This document shows positions 44,846-55,075 of a stretch of 64,000 bases of DNA, one piece after another (the stretch's first letter is position 1; each line of letters begins with the position of its first letter). This stretch comes from an uncultured bacterium. GTDB lineage: Bacteria; Bacillota; Clostridia; Christensenellales; UBA1242. The DNA is taken from contig CASXBC010000003.1 in NCBI GenBank assembly GCA_949474265.1, positions 14,083 through 78,082 of the forward strand, in the 5' to 3' direction. The position numbers and the translations under genes were made by a program. Below the pieces are notes generated by a model. It had not been told where the DNA came from. It did no database searches and saw only the letters and a program-made list of their open reading frames with translations.

Positions 44846-47506
44846 TTTGTCAAATTTAACAGGAAGAATATTTTTTTCATCAGTTTTTGTAAATATTTCT
44901 TGATTAAAAGTATAATTCCCTATTATTATATCAACATTGTCGTATTTGGATGGGATTATTTTTTCTACGCCAAGCTTTTCAATTTTAGCTAAATTCTCTC
45001 TTATTTCAGGTTGAGACATAAAATAACCAAATTCTCCACTTTCTGTTGGTGGGAATATAATAAGTCCACCATCAGTGTGATACATTTTTCCAATACAATC
45101 ATGTTCAAAATGAAAGTCATCAATTTTATTTTTGTCTAACAGCTTATCAATTTTGTCAAATCCTTTTTGATAGATACAATGACTTTCAAGTAATACTGAC
45201 AAACACTTTTTTTGAAGAATTAGATTTTTATTTAATTCAGTAGTCAAAAACTTTTCTCTATTTTCACCCAATAAAACATTTGAAAGATTTTTAGTTGAGA
45301 AATAATTATCAATATCATTTTGGATTTTAAAAATGGTATGAATATTTAACTCAATTTTTGAATTATTTTCTGATAAAACTTTGGCATCCACCATTGTTTT
45401 ATACAATGAATAAAATACATTAATTATTTCTGGGGCAATTGATGCTCGAAGTCTATGAGCGTAAATGAGATATTTAAGGTTTATTTCTTCGCATGCAAGG
45501 TTGTCTATTGCCATTTTATAGTTTGCATTATCGTAATCAGGAACAATTGTTTTAAGGTAATTATCTAAGAATTTAGTATAACTAAGTTGTGCTTGACCAA
45601 TTGACAACCCAAGAAGAATTTCGCTTGAGTTGTAATATTTGCCAAACCATTCAGTGTCATAATAAGAGTTACCATTTTTGTCAAGATTTTCATCATTTGG
45701 CATCTTTAAGGCTTGAAAAGCTTTTAAGTATTCTTTATTTACAAATCTGCTTACTGTAGAGTGAATGTCATCAATTTTTTCAAGCAAAGGAAGAACATCT
45801 CTCACAGCATTTATGTAATTTTTGCATGCTTCAATATAAGCTTCTCCACTGCAATCTAGCAAAACAGGGATTTGCATTTTAATTGCTTGAAATTTAATTT
45901 TGGCATCAATTAATTTTTCACAAAGAGCTTTAGAGTCTTGGCATGCTGACAAATAAACCTTGTTTAAGTGCTTTATTTCATTGATTGCAAAGCGCTTATT
46001 TGCATAACCCTTGCCTTCTTTTGCATCTATCATAAGTTGTATTCTTGAAACAACCTCATCAAATGTAGAATGACATTTTGTTGCGTCAAAACTATCTTGT
46101 ATCCTGTCAAAAACCTCTTTCATGTATTCTTGCTCTTCTTGTTCTTCCTCTGAAAGTTGTTCCACTCCATTGACAATTTTTCTTTGCTTTCTAAGTTCGA
46201 AAGTTTGCTTAACATTTTCAAAGAGATTATTAACTGTCTTTTTATCATGGCTAGTCAAATAGAATTCATCATCAGATTGGTTTGGCATGCTTGAAACATC
46301 AGCTTTTATTCTTCTGATTGTGTAAGTTCTGCCTAGTTTCTTTGAAGGAGCATCAGAAGGAAGTTCATCTTCTTTAAGCATATTAAGTGCCCTAGCGGTA
46401 TGCTCAACAAAATATTTTCTAAGGAAAGTGTTGTTTTCATTGTCATGGGCTGTAAGTTTTGAAAGCAATGCCCCCAAAATCTTTGGCTCAACAGAAAGCA
46501 CATTGAAATCAGTAAAAATTTCTAAAGCATTTTTCGCACCAAGGTATTTTACCAAAACATCTTTTGTCTCTGAAAACTTATCAATATTTTCTTTTGTAAG
46601 ACCACTTATTGAGGAAAGTTTGTCAATTTTTAAGGTTGCATTATCAGTAAAGTCTTTTGCAAATTCTTCAAACTTTTCACCTTCCGGGAAAAGAACAGGA
46701 CTTATTTCACGAAGTTGACAAAGATTTTTGTAAATGCAATTTTCAAAGTTTTTGATTTTATTTTGGTCGCACATCAAAATTGATGGAGATTTAGAAATTC
46801 TTTCAATTAGTTCTGACTCTTTCATTGGTGGAACAAATTTATTTCTCAAAAACTTTATATTTGACTCAAGCTTTGCACTTGGAAAAGTTAGCAAGCTCCC
46901 ACACATTTTGAGCATTTGTTCTGGACGTGCTTTAAAGTTTTTGCTTTCAGTGTCATAAGCAAAGCAATTTAAGATTGAAACAACTTTCTCAACATTTTCT
47001 CTGTTTATGTGGCAGATGATTGAAGCACAATTTTCAATGAGCTCTTTAAAATCTTTCTGATTGAACAACTTAAATTTTTCAGAAGTAATTGGATTGGTGT
47101 ATTCAATCTGAGTTAATGCAAAGTAAGTTTCATTAATTAAATAAGAGTTCAAGTTTCTCAAATTCTCTTTAGTTGAAATTTTGAAAGGGTCAATTTCAAA
47201 TTTTTGAGCAAAATCTAGTGCATTAAAAAAGTTTGTCTTAATTTTTTCCTTATCTTTGAAATAAATATCTAAACATCTGTTGAGAACAAGTCGAGCTGCC
47301 TTAGAGCGAGCAACACTATATTTGCCCTTGTCATCATATTTTTCAAATTTTACAAAAATATCGGTGAGTTCCAAAACTGTGGACTCATCTTCTTCATCAA
47401 GGATTTTTTGTATGTAAGATTTTATGTCTTTATCAGTCAATCTAAATGTCTCTTTAAAAACTCTATCAAGTTCATTAGTGACCAATTCTTTAAGTTCTAA
47501 ATCCAT
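44843..47506 (-). CDS. Large hypothetical protein (887 aa), predicted all-helical repeat protein
   Basis: Monocistronic. GGAGG RBS, own consensus promoter and flanking terminators. K/N/E/I/F-rich. No catalytic motif recognised. Confidence 0.7.
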   Translation of the reverse strand: MDLELKELVTNELDRVFKETFRLTDKDIKSYIQKILDEEDESTVLELTDIFVKFEKYDDKGKYSVARSKAARLVLNRCLDIYFKDKEKIKTNFFNALDFAQKFEIDPFKISTKENLRNLNSYLINETYFALTQIEYTNPITSEKFKLFNQKDFKELIENCASIICHINRENVEKVVSILNCFAYDTESKNFKARPEQMLKMCGSLLTFPSAKLESNIKFLRNKFVPPMKESELIERISKSPSILMCDQNKIKNFENCIYKNLCQLREISPVLFPEGEKFEEFAKDFTDNATLKIDKLSSISGLTKENIDKFSETKDVLVKYLGAKNALEIFTDFNVLSVEPKILGALLSKLTAHDNENNTFLRKYFVEHTARALNMLKEDELPSDAPSKKLGRTYTIRRIKADVSSMPNQSDDEFYLTSHDKKTVNNLFENVKQTFELRKQRKIVNGVEQLSEEEQEEQEYMKEVFDRIQDSFDATKCHSTFDEVVSRIQLMIDAKEGKGYANKRFAINEIKHLNKVYLSACQDSKALCEKLIDAKIKFQAIKMQIPVLLDCSGEAYIEACKNYINAVRDVLPLLEKIDDIHSTVSRFVNKEYLKAFQALKMPNDENLDKNGNSYYDTEWFGKYYNSSEILLGLSIGQAQLSYTKFLDNYLKTIVPDYDNANYKMAIDNLACEEINLKYLIYAHRLRASIAPEIINVFYSLYKTMVDAKVLSENNSKIELNIHTIFKIQNDIDNYFSTKNLSNVLLGENREKFLTTELNKNLILQKKCLSVLLESHCIYQKGFDKIDKLLDKNKIDDFHFEHDCIGKMYHTDGGLIIFPPTESGEFGYFMSQPEIRENLAKIEKLGVEKIIPSKYDNVDIIIGNYTFNQEIFTKTDEKNILPVKFDK

Positions 47507-47546
47507 AAAATTCCTCCGGATTGTTATTTATATAAATTACTTATAG

Positions 47547-47575
47547 ATTATAAATTATAATGCAAGCAAAGTCAA
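47547..47575 (-). promoter_or_regulatory. Sigma-A promoter of the 887-aa gene
   Basis: TTGACT-17-TATAAT on the minus strand. Confidence 0.65.
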
Positions 47576-47607
47576 TACCCAATTTTTTTAAATTGTTGTA
47601 TATTTGT

Positions 47608-47638
47608 GACAAAAAAACCTTCCTAAAATGGAAGGTTT
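47608..47638 (-). terminator. Rho-independent terminator after proS
   Basis: AAACCTTCC-atttta-GGAAGGTTT plus TTTTTG on the minus strand. Confidence 0.8.
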
Positions 47639-47668
47639 AGTTTATTAATTTTGTTTTAAGTTTAAAGA

Positions 47669-49399
47669 TTACAAACTTTTTTCAATTTCGTTTATTTCAT
47701 CTTCAATCATCATTTTAAGCTCTGAAATTAGGTCATTAATTGGTATAAACAATTTTTCGTCAGTTTCTCTAATGGTGACTTCGGCTTGAGAATTTGCCAT
47801 AGTTTTTGGACTTATAACCACCCTTATAGGCATGCCCATAAGTTCACTGTCAGTAAGTTTAACTCCTGCAGAAACATTTCTGTCATCAAACAAAACTTCA
47901 ATACCTGCTTTTTCCATTTTTTTGTAAAGTTCTTCTGAAACAGCAGCAACATTTTCATCATCAATTCTAATTGGACAGAAATGAACGTGCCAAGGTGCAA
48001 TAGTCATTGGCCAAATGATTCCTTTGTCATCTGCTTTTTCTTCAACTATGCTTGCAATCGCTCTTCCAACGCCAATGCCATAACAACCCATAATTGGTTC
48101 TTTTTCACTTCCATCAGGCATATTGATTTTCATCCCCATAGCCTTTGTATAGCGAGTGCCAAGTTGGAAGATATTTCCAATTTCAATACCTCTAGTGTGA
48201 GAAAGTTCATGCCCACAGCTTACACATTTTTCTCCTGGTTTTACAAGGCAGACGTCAACATATTCAGTATTTGGCAAGTCTCTTGACATTGAGACATTTT
48301 TGATATGAAAATCTTTTTTGTTTGCACCTGTAACAAAATTTTCAAGCTTTTGAAGAGTCTTGTCAAACAAAACATAACTTCCTTCTGGAACATTCAAATT
48401 TAAGCAACCAATATTTCCAGCAAACAGACCAAACTTTTCAACTTCAGTAGGCAAAAGTTCGCTCTGAACAATTTTCTGCAGTTTCATTTCATTTATTTCT
48501 TGGTCGCCTCTAACGAAGACCACAACGAGTTTTCCGTCTGTCTCTTTTTCATAGCAAACTGCCTTTGCACAGTGAAGTTGGTCAGTTTCCAAAAATGCAC
48601 AAACTTCTTCAATTGTGTGAGCATTGCCTGTAAATACTTCTGTTACCTCTCCTTTTACAGTGTTATCATTTTCACTTTTAATTGAAGAAGCGACTTCCAT
48701 ATTACTTGAATAGCCACAATTTTCGCAAATAACCAAACTGTCCTCTCCAGCTGGTGTAACTGCCATATATTCATGTGAGACTTTGCCTCCCATCATGCCA
48801 TTGTCGCCTTCGACAACAACAAATTTTTTGAAACCAATACGTTTGTAAATGCGTTTATATGCTTCATAAACTTTTGTATAGTAAGCATCCAAATCTTCTT
48901 GAGTTGCATGGAAAGAATACCCGTCTTTCATAGTGAACTCTCTCACTCTGATAAGTCCACCTCTTGAACGTGGCTCATCTCTGAATTTTGTTTGTATTTG
49001 ATATATCATGAATGGAAGTTGCTCATGACTTTTGATATTGTTCATTGCAAGGTGAACAGCCGCTTCCTCGTGAGTCATGCCAAGCACCATATCATGCACA
49101 GCTCTATCTTTAAATCTTACCATTTCGTTTTTGATTGAAGAGTATCTTCCACTCATCTCCCAAAGTTCTCTTGGCATAACAACAGGCAAAAGCACTTCCT
49201 GTCCACCAACTCTATTCATTTCTTCTCTGATGATATTTTGAACTTTTAAACTAACTCTTTGAGTTGGTGGCAAAAGTGAGAAAATCCCTTGTGCAACCTG
49301 TTTGATATAGCCTGCTCTAAGCATCAAAATGTGACTTTTTAATGTCGCTCCACTTGGAGTTTCCTTTTCACGTTTTCCAACGAGTTTACTTATTTTCAT
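47669..49399 (-). CDS. proS: Proline-tRNA ligase (bacterial type with editing domain)
   Basis: 576 aa. Class II motifs FRDEPRSRGGLIRVREF, GCYGIGVGR. Confidence 0.96.
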   Translation of the reverse strand: MKISKLVGKREKETPSGATLKSHILMLRAGYIKQVAQGIFSLLPPTQRVSLKVQNIIREEMNRVGGQEVLLPVVMPRELWEMSGRYSSIKNEMVRFKDRAVHDMVLGMTHEEAAVHLAMNNIKSHEQLPFMIYQIQTKFRDEPRSRGGLIRVREFTMKDGYSFHATQEDLDAYYTKVYEAYKRIYKRIGFKKFVVVEGDNGMMGGKVSHEYMAVTPAGEDSLVICENCGYSSNMEVASSIKSENDNTVKGEVTEVFTGNAHTIEEVCAFLETDQLHCAKAVCYEKETDGKLVVVFVRGDQEINEMKLQKIVQSELLPTEVEKFGLFAGNIGCLNLNVPEGSYVLFDKTLQKLENFVTGANKKDFHIKNVSMSRDLPNTEYVDVCLVKPGEKCVSCGHELSHTRGIEIGNIFQLGTRYTKAMGMKINMPDGSEKEPIMGCYGIGVGRAIASIVEEKADDKGIIWPMTIAPWHVHFCPIRIDDENVAAVSEELYKKMEKAGIEVLFDDRNVSAGVKLTDSELMGMPIRVVISPKTMANSQAEVTIRETDEKLFIPINDLISELKMMIEDEINEIEKSL

Positions 49400-49599
49400 A
49401 CTTCTTCCTCCGTAATATTATCCAACTCTTTTTTGATTTGATAAAGTTTTCCTGTCGCTTTTGAAAGTTCGCCTTGTGCCAATTTAGAAAGCTCGCTTGC
49501 TCTTTCAAAAAGCTTTTGTGCTGAAGAAAGCGGCAACTTTTCATTTTCAAGTCTATTTATTATTTCTTCCAATTCTTTTATTGTTTCTTCATAACTCAT
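49396..49599 (-). CDS. xseB: Exodeoxyribonuclease VII small subunit
   Basis: 67 aa. SYEETIKELEEIINRLENEKLPL. Confidence 0.9.
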   Translation of the reverse strand: MSYEETIKELEEIINRLENEKLPLSSAQKLFERASELSKLAQGELSKATGKLYQIKKELDNITEEEV

Positions 49600-49614
49600 G
49601 TTTTTACCTCAGCT

Positions 49615-50805
49615 TTATTTGTTTAATTGTTCTTTTGAGACTGCAGTAACTGCCCCATCTACAAAGTTAATTTCAAAAGCTTCATTATTATTTAACTCTG
49701 AAAGTTTTGCAATGCTTTTTCCATTTTGTTCTATTTTAGCATATCCAAGTGCCAATATGTCAAGTGGATTAAGTTTGTTTAAGTGTGCAAGTTTGAGTTT
49801 GAGGTCATAATCTTCACTTACCAAAAATTCATGCAGTTTGTTAGAGAGTTTTGAAACCATTTTGTTGAGACTTAATTTATTTTCTTTCACAACAGTTTCA
49901 AAACAATCCAAAAGACTTTGATTGTCTGCGTTTAGTTGCATTGACTTATCCGCAAGATAAATATCAAGAGACCTTGAAAGCCTTGCCACATCTTTCTTTA
50001 ATGTGTCAAGAGAGAGTTTTGTGTCTTTTGACAAAAGTTCTGCAGCTGCACTTGGTGTTGGAGCCCTCATGTCTGAAACAAAATCAATGATTGTAAAATC
50101 CGTCTCATGACCAACTGCTGAAACAATTGGTTTTTGACAATCATAAGTTGCTCTTGCAACAAGCTCAGTGTTGTAAGCAGCCAAATCCTCTAGACTTCCG
50201 CCTCCTCTTGCAACCACAACCACATCAACACCTTCATAATTTGAAAAGAAGTTTATCCCAGCAACAATCTCTTTTTCTGCATCATTCCCCTGAACTTTGC
50301 AATCATAAAGCACAATGTCAATGCCTTTATTTCTTCGCCATGTAACATTTTTTATATCTTGAATTACTGCACCATCTTTTGATGTAACAACTCCTATTCT
50401 CTTTATATCTTGAGGGATAGGTTTCTTGTGAGTCTGTTCAAAAAGTCCTTCTTTTTCAAGTTTCATTTTAAGCTCTTGAAATTTTTGATATAAAAGTCCA
50501 AGTCCAAGAGGTTCAATCTTGTTTACTACAAAACTAAACTTTCCAGCTTTGGCATAAAAATTTGGACTTCCTGTAGCGACAACCATGTCTCCTTCACTTA
50601 TGTCACTCAACAGTCCACCATAAAAACAAACGCAAGGAAGAGTGCTTTTCTCATCCTTAAGAGAAAAATAAATGCTGTTTTTTGAGGATGAAATGCCAAA
50701 AACTTCTCCAACTATTTTTATGTTGTGGAGAAGTTCCTCGCTATTAAAGATATCTTTAATAATATTATTAAATTTTGAAACTGTCAAAGTGTAAACTTGT
50801 GTCAT
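49615..50805 (-). CDS. xseA: Exodeoxyribonuclease VII large subunit
   Basis: 396 aa. OB-fold N-terminus, RGGGSLEDL, RAPTPSAAAE. Confidence 0.93.
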   Translation of the reverse strand: MTQVYTLTVSKFNNIIKDIFNSEELLHNIKIVGEVFGISSSKNSIYFSLKDEKSTLPCVCFYGGLLSDISEGDMVVATGSPNFYAKAGKFSFVVNKIEPLGLGLLYQKFQELKMKLEKEGLFEQTHKKPIPQDIKRIGVVTSKDGAVIQDIKNVTWRRNKGIDIVLYDCKVQGNDAEKEIVAGINFFSNYEGVDVVVVARGGGSLEDLAAYNTELVARATYDCQKPIVSAVGHETDFTIIDFVSDMRAPTPSAAAELLSKDTKLSLDTLKKDVARLSRSLDIYLADKSMQLNADNQSLLDCFETVVKENKLSLNKMVSKLSNKLHEFLVSEDYDLKLKLAHLNKLNPLDILALGYAKIEQNGKSIAKLSELNNNEAFEINFVDGAVTAVSKEQLNK

Positions 50806-51188
50806 TTGTTATTAATTATTGCTGAAATCAGCCCATTTATAAATTTAGATGATTTTTCAGTGCTATATTTTTTTGAAAGCTCAAGAGCCTCATTGATTGC
50901 AACTGCTTTTGGACACTCACAATATTTGATTTCAGTCAGTGCCAAATAAATGAGAGCAAGGTCAACTCTGAAAACTCTTGAATAGTCAAAGTTTTTCAAG
51001 TGTGATTCAATTTCCACCTTAAGCTCGTCCTTGTGAGAAGCAAAAGCATTTATTATGCTCTCAAAAAAGTTTTGGTCATCTTCTTTTTTAAGTTCTTTCA
51101 AGTTTGAAAGAGAAAGCTCTTTATCAACATCATGAAAAAGACTTTCAAATATCAATTTGAAAGCGTTTTCTCTTGCATCATTACGCAT
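50802..51188 (-). CDS. nusB: Transcription antitermination factor NusB
   Basis: RENAFKLIFE, ALTEIKY, INEALELSKKY. Start at the ATG at 51188 (GAGGTGG RBS), which overlaps the Asp23 gene end. Confidence 0.9.
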   Translation of the reverse strand: MRNDARENAFKLIFESLFHDVDKELSLSNLKELKKEDDQNFFESIINAFASHKDELKVEIESHLKNFDYSRVFRVDLALIYLALTEIKYCECPKAVAINEALELSKKYSTEKSSKFINGLISAIINNK

Positions 51189-51555
51189 TTTCTTCCACCT
51201 CTTTGTCACATTCGACATTTATTATGTGGATGTTTATCTTAAGTGGTTTGAGTGCAACCATTGTAGCAAGAGAGTTTCGGATGTTTTCCTGAACTCTATA
51301 AGCAATGTCAGGCACGCTGTAGCCTGCATAGATGTTTAGATAAACATCAATGGCGAGAGCACCATTCTTTTCAAAAACAATCTTAACACCATCATCATAA
51401 CGATTGATAAGTCTTTTATACCAAGGGCGAGCAGAGTTTGTAACGCTTTCAACGCCATTGATTTCTTTTGCAGCCAAATTTATGATTGAAATCAAAATTT
51501 TTCTGTCAAGTGTAATCTTACCATTGTTTGTAGAACCTTGAGTTTTTGTTGCCAT
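51181..51555 (-). CDS. Asp23/Gls24-family alkaline shock protein (YqhY-like)
   Basis: 124 aa. SIINLAAKEINGVESV. Conserved position between spoIIIA and nusB. Confidence 0.85.
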   Translation of the reverse strand: MATKTQGSTNNGKITLDRKILISIINLAAKEINGVESVTNSARPWYKRLINRYDDGVKIVFEKNGALAIDVYLNIYAGYSVPDIAYRVQENIRNSLATMVALKPLKINIHIINVECDKEVEENA

Positions 51556-51616
51556 AAAACAATCTCCTATTGCATATTCAATGATATTTTATCATAAGTC
51601 GATAGGTTTTTGCAAA

Positions 51617-52084
51617 CTATTCTGCAAAGTAAACAACAATATTTCTAACTTCTGTGCCAAGTTGTTCTTTAACAATTGTTGTAATTTTTGCAACTTCATT
51701 TTCATCAAGTGTTTTTGCTTGCACAACAACATTGACTTTTGAGTTGGCAATTGAAATCACGCAATCTGAAAATCCTTGTGATTTTACAAGTCCTTCAACT
51801 GCAAGTTCTTTTTCCATTTTTGAAACAAGTGAAAGTTTTGCATCTTGTGCAGCTTTGATAGCAGCTTCAGTTGAAGAAGCATTGTCAATGATTGCATCAT
51901 AATACAAAATCTCTTGGTCTCTTGTGCTTGAGCGGTCATTTCGATAGCTTGTGAAATAGCTGGTTGATGCTGTTGATGTGTTTGTGGTCTTGGCTGCATT
52001 ATTGAGTGCTATGTTGAGATAGCCTGTTACACCAAGAAGCACAATCATAAGTGAAAGAATGATTATTTTTGTTCTCTTTTTCAT
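51617..52084 (-). CDS. spoIIIAH: Stage III sporulation protein AH
   Basis: N-terminal TM, YscJ/FliF-like C-domain, last gene of the spoIIIA operon. Start at the ATG at 52084, 6 nt after GGAG. Confidence 0.8.
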   Translation of the reverse strand: MKKRTKIIILSLMIVLLGVTGYLNIALNNAAKTTNTSTASTSYFTSYRNDRSSTRDQEILYYDAIIDNASSTEAAIKAAQDAKLSLVSKMEKELAVEGLVKSQGFSDCVISIANSKVNVVVQAKTLDENEVAKITTIVKEQLGTEVRNIVVYFAE

Positions 52085-52175
52085 ATTCATCTCCTTTTGC
52101 ACCCCATGGTGCTTTTTATTTTTTAAACAATTTTTCTACAAAGTAACTTCAAACTTTTTGCTTTGGCAACACATC

Positions 52176-52697
52176 TTAGGTAAGAATGGTGATATTGTTT
52201 CTGTCAATTTCGAGTACTGTTTCAACGGCTGTAAGAATGTTGAGTCTAACGTTCACATCTTTTGCTCCATCAGCTACAACAACCACCCCCTTTATTGTAG
52301 GATTAATCTCCTTTATGATGACAGGTTTGTTTGAAACCAAAATCACCGTTTCGGTGGTTATTGTTGTTTCTGTTCCACCGGAAACAATTGTTTTAGTTTC
52401 AGTGTCTGTGGCATATTCATACGAAAATCCATTCTCAAGAGTGATAATCACATCCACATTGCCAACACCCGAAACTTTGGACAATACATTAGATAATTTA
52501 TTCTCGAGGAAACCTATATATTCCACGGTTGTCCCATAATTTTCTGTCGAATTATCAACCTCTTTGTCAGTATTTTTCTTTGGTCTAAAACTACAGAAGT
52601 AAACCAAGCAAACAACAATTCCAATCAGCACTGCTATATAGATGTGAATGTGTTTTATTTTTTTAAATTTTTCAAAGAATGTTTTTATTTTACTCAT
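52176..52697 (-). CDS. spoIIIAG: Stage III sporulation protein AG
   Basis: TM plus Thr-rich beta region (TETKTIVSGGTETTITTETV) and VKGVVVVADGA. Start at 52697 (GGAGG RBS). Confidence 0.85.
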   Translation of the reverse strand: MSKIKTFFEKFKKIKHIHIYIAVLIGIVVCLVYFCSFRPKKNTDKEVDNSTENYGTTVEYIGFLENKLSNVLSKVSGVGNVDVIITLENGFSYEYATDTETKTIVSGGTETTITTETVILVSNKPVIIKEINPTIKGVVVVADGAKDVNVRLNILTAVETVLEIDRNNITILT

Positions 52698-53187
52698 TAT
52701 ACTTAACCTCCACTCCATCAAGCTGAGAATATTGCCTGATGATTTCAATTATCTTCGCTTTTGCTTTTGTTATATCCTTAGCACCAAAATTCTGGTCATA
52801 TTCCAATTCTCTTAAATCAACCAAAATAGAATAAATTTCGAGTTTTTCAGTAAAGATGTTTGCATTGATAGAGACCACAACATTTTTCAGTCCAGCTTCA
52901 CTTATCTTTAGATTCACTCCTTCACTTATGGCTGTCAATTTGTCCAAGTTGACTTGCTCTAGATAATCATCTTGAAGGACATTTCCGGTGTTTCCAAAAT
53001 ATTTTGAAATGTCAAAGTCTTTTCCAAACACTTTTGGCAGTGGCATGATGATGACAAGGAGTATTACAAATGAAAATATCACCTTTGTATATTTGTTCAT
53101 CTGACCTTCTGGAAGGACAAATTCTGCAAGAACACTCAAAATCACCACGCCTGCTATGCTCAAAAGCCAAGCTGATATACTTCCCAT
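52690..53187 (-). CDS. spoIIIAF: Stage III sporulation protein AF
   Basis: 165 aa. Two N-terminal TM segments. Operon position. Confidence 0.8.
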   Translation of the reverse strand: MGSISAWLLSIAGVVILSVLAEFVLPEGQMNKYTKVIFSFVILLVIIMPLPKVFGKDFDISKYFGNTGNVLQDDYLEQVNLDKLTAISEGVNLKISEAGLKNVVVSINANIFTEKLEIYSILVDLRELEYDQNFGAKDITKAKAKIIEIIRQYSQLDGVEVKYNE

Positions 53188-53196
53188 TGCCCCTCC

Positions 53197-54441
53197 TTAA
53201 ATTACTAGATTTGCACTGCACATCACAAGTCCTGTCAAAACAACATACATAAATGCCACTGCCACCAAAAGTGCTATCAGCATTGACATACTCTTTGCCA
53301 AATCACTTATGAAATTGGATATTTTTTTATCACCTATAGGCTCTATTATTCCTGCCATAAATTTTAAAGCAAGCATAAATATTGCAATATTTAAGATTGG
53401 AGAGACAACAGTTGAAAGTAAGAGAAATAAGCCAACTCCACCTACAGCATTTTTGATAAGACTACTGCTTGCCATGATGATGCCAAGCCCATCAGAAACA
53501 TAGCCACCAACAATTGGAACATAGCTTTTTATGGCATATTTTGCTGTTCTAATAGAAAGTCCATCAACCGCACCAGCCATAACCCCTTGTATGCTTACAA
53601 AGCCTAAGAAAATTGTAAAACAAAGTCCTATAGTCCACTTGAAGCATGACTGCAAAAATGAGACAAACTTGTCAAGTTTGGTGTTTGTTGACAAGTTTCC
53701 TACAATGGAAAACACAATAGAGAAGATAAACAACGGAAGCAAGAAATAAGTGATAAGGCTGACAAACAGATTTCCCAATAGTGCTATTGCAGGTTGATAA
53801 ATCCCCACAGAGACACTTCCACCAAGTGCTGTCAAGAGTGTCAGCAAAATTGGAAATATTCCATCAAACAAAGCTTTTATGCTTGTCAAAGTCCCTTTGG
53901 TCAATGCAACAATTTGCGAAACAGTTGTCCCTAAAAATATCAAGACTATTCCATAAGTGACAAAATGTACAATGTTGCCTATTGATTTTCCATTTGTCAC
54001 AGGTCGAAGAGAAGCCACCATTCCTCCCAAGATTGCAACTGAGATTATGGTGGCAATAATGGGTAGATAATTTTTTAAATCCTTCCAAAATATACCAGCA
54101 ACTGAGGAGAAAAAGCCTTGCGAGTTTTCTGCATATTCTCCTGAAATGATGTAATTAACCTTTGTCATGAAACTGTCTGAAGAAAACAGATTTTTTGCTT
54201 CAAGTGAAAGCGAATTTAAAACATCTTCAACATCCGAGAAATCAAGATGTGAAAGTTGAGAGCCAACTTCCTCTTTCAAGTCTTTTTCAATTTCGGATTC
54301 AGTGCTTGTCTGTGCAAGTGCTATGTTTTTTTCAAAACCAGAAACAATATCAAACCTTCCATAAAAACAGCTTACAAAAATAAACAAAACTAATAAATAA
54401 ACAAAGAACTTTTGCTTTTTTGATTTCTTCAATTTTTTCAT
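53197..54441 (-). CDS. spoIIIAE: Stage III sporulation protein AE
   Basis: 414 aa. Signal/TM plus polytopic repeated membrane domain. Operon position. Confidence 0.88.
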   Translation of the reverse strand: MKKLKKSKKQKFFVYLLVLFIFVSCFYGRFDIVSGFEKNIALAQTSTESEIEKDLKEEVGSQLSHLDFSDVEDVLNSLSLEAKNLFSSDSFMTKVNYIISGEYAENSQGFFSSVAGIFWKDLKNYLPIIATIISVAILGGMVASLRPVTNGKSIGNIVHFVTYGIVLIFLGTTVSQIVALTKGTLTSIKALFDGIFPILLTLLTALGGSVSVGIYQPAIALLGNLFVSLITYFLLPLFIFSIVFSIVGNLSTNTKLDKFVSFLQSCFKWTIGLCFTIFLGFVSIQGVMAGAVDGLSIRTAKYAIKSYVPIVGGYVSDGLGIIMASSSLIKNAVGGVGLFLLLSTVVSPILNIAIFMLALKFMAGIIEPIGDKKISNFISDLAKSMSMLIALLVAVAFMYVVLTGLVMCSANLVI

Positions 54442-54830
54442 CTAGGCAACAACTCCACAACAATGTCAAGTATGCTTGTCACAATAGGTATAGCCATAAC
54501 TAAAATAACTATCTTTCCGCCAAGCAGAACTTTGTCGCCGAGACTAGAATTTCCTGTGTCATTGCAGATGCCAGCGGTAAATTCTGTCAAATATCCAATT
54601 CCAATAATTTTTAACACAACAGAATAAATTGAAGAGTTTATTCCTGAAATATTAAAAATATTGTTGAACACATCAAATATTTGAGATAGATAACTGATTG
54701 CATAAAACAAAACAATTATCCCTCCAACAATAGAAATAAAGACAGCGAAGTCAGAGCGAATAGGCTTGACAATAAGACAAGCTACACAGGTAATAATGGC
54801 TATACTTATTATTTTGTATAATGAATCCAC
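54438..54830 (-). CDS. spoIIIAD: Stage III sporulation protein AD
   Basis: 130 aa. 4 TM. Operon position. Confidence 0.85.
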   Translation of the reverse strand: MDSLYKIISIAIITCVACLIVKPIRSDFAVFISIVGGIIVLFYAISYLSQIFDVFNNIFNISGINSSIYSVVLKIIGIGYLTEFTAGICNDTGNSSLGDKVLLGGKIVILVMAIPIVTSILDIVVELLPR

Positions 54831-54844
54831 ACAAACCTCCTATG

Positions 54845-55060
54845 CTAAAAATAGGGCAAATAACAGGCGAAATTGAACATGGATTTAAGTGAGCCAAACA
54901 AATCCGAAATCATCCCCACCACCATAAACAAAACTATAACAACTCCTGCCAAGGTTGCGAGTGTTGAAATGTCCTCTTTTCCACTGTTTTTGAGGATTTG
55001 TCCTATCACTGCCGTAAGAATACCAATTCCGGCAATTTTGAAAATGATTTCAACATCCAT
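54845..55060 (-). CDS. spoIIIAC: Stage III sporulation protein AC
   Basis: About 71 aa. 2 TM. MDVEIIFKIAGIGILTAV. The ATG at 55060 lies 9 nt after GGAG. Confidence 0.85.
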   Translation of the reverse strand: MDVEIIFKIAGIGILTAVIGQILKNSGKEDISTLATLAGVVIVLFMVVGMISDLFGSLKSMFNFACYLPYF

Positions 55061-55075
55061 AGACATGTTCTCCAA

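Noticed and set aside
52088-52120. Hairpin GCACC-ccat-GGTGC followed by a T-run on the plus strand, between spoIIIAG and spoIIIAH.
   Set aside because: The T-run follows the stem only on the strand opposite to the operon, so it cannot terminate spoIIIA transcription. It might stop antisense transcripts, but there is no plus-strand gene or promoter upstream to support that.
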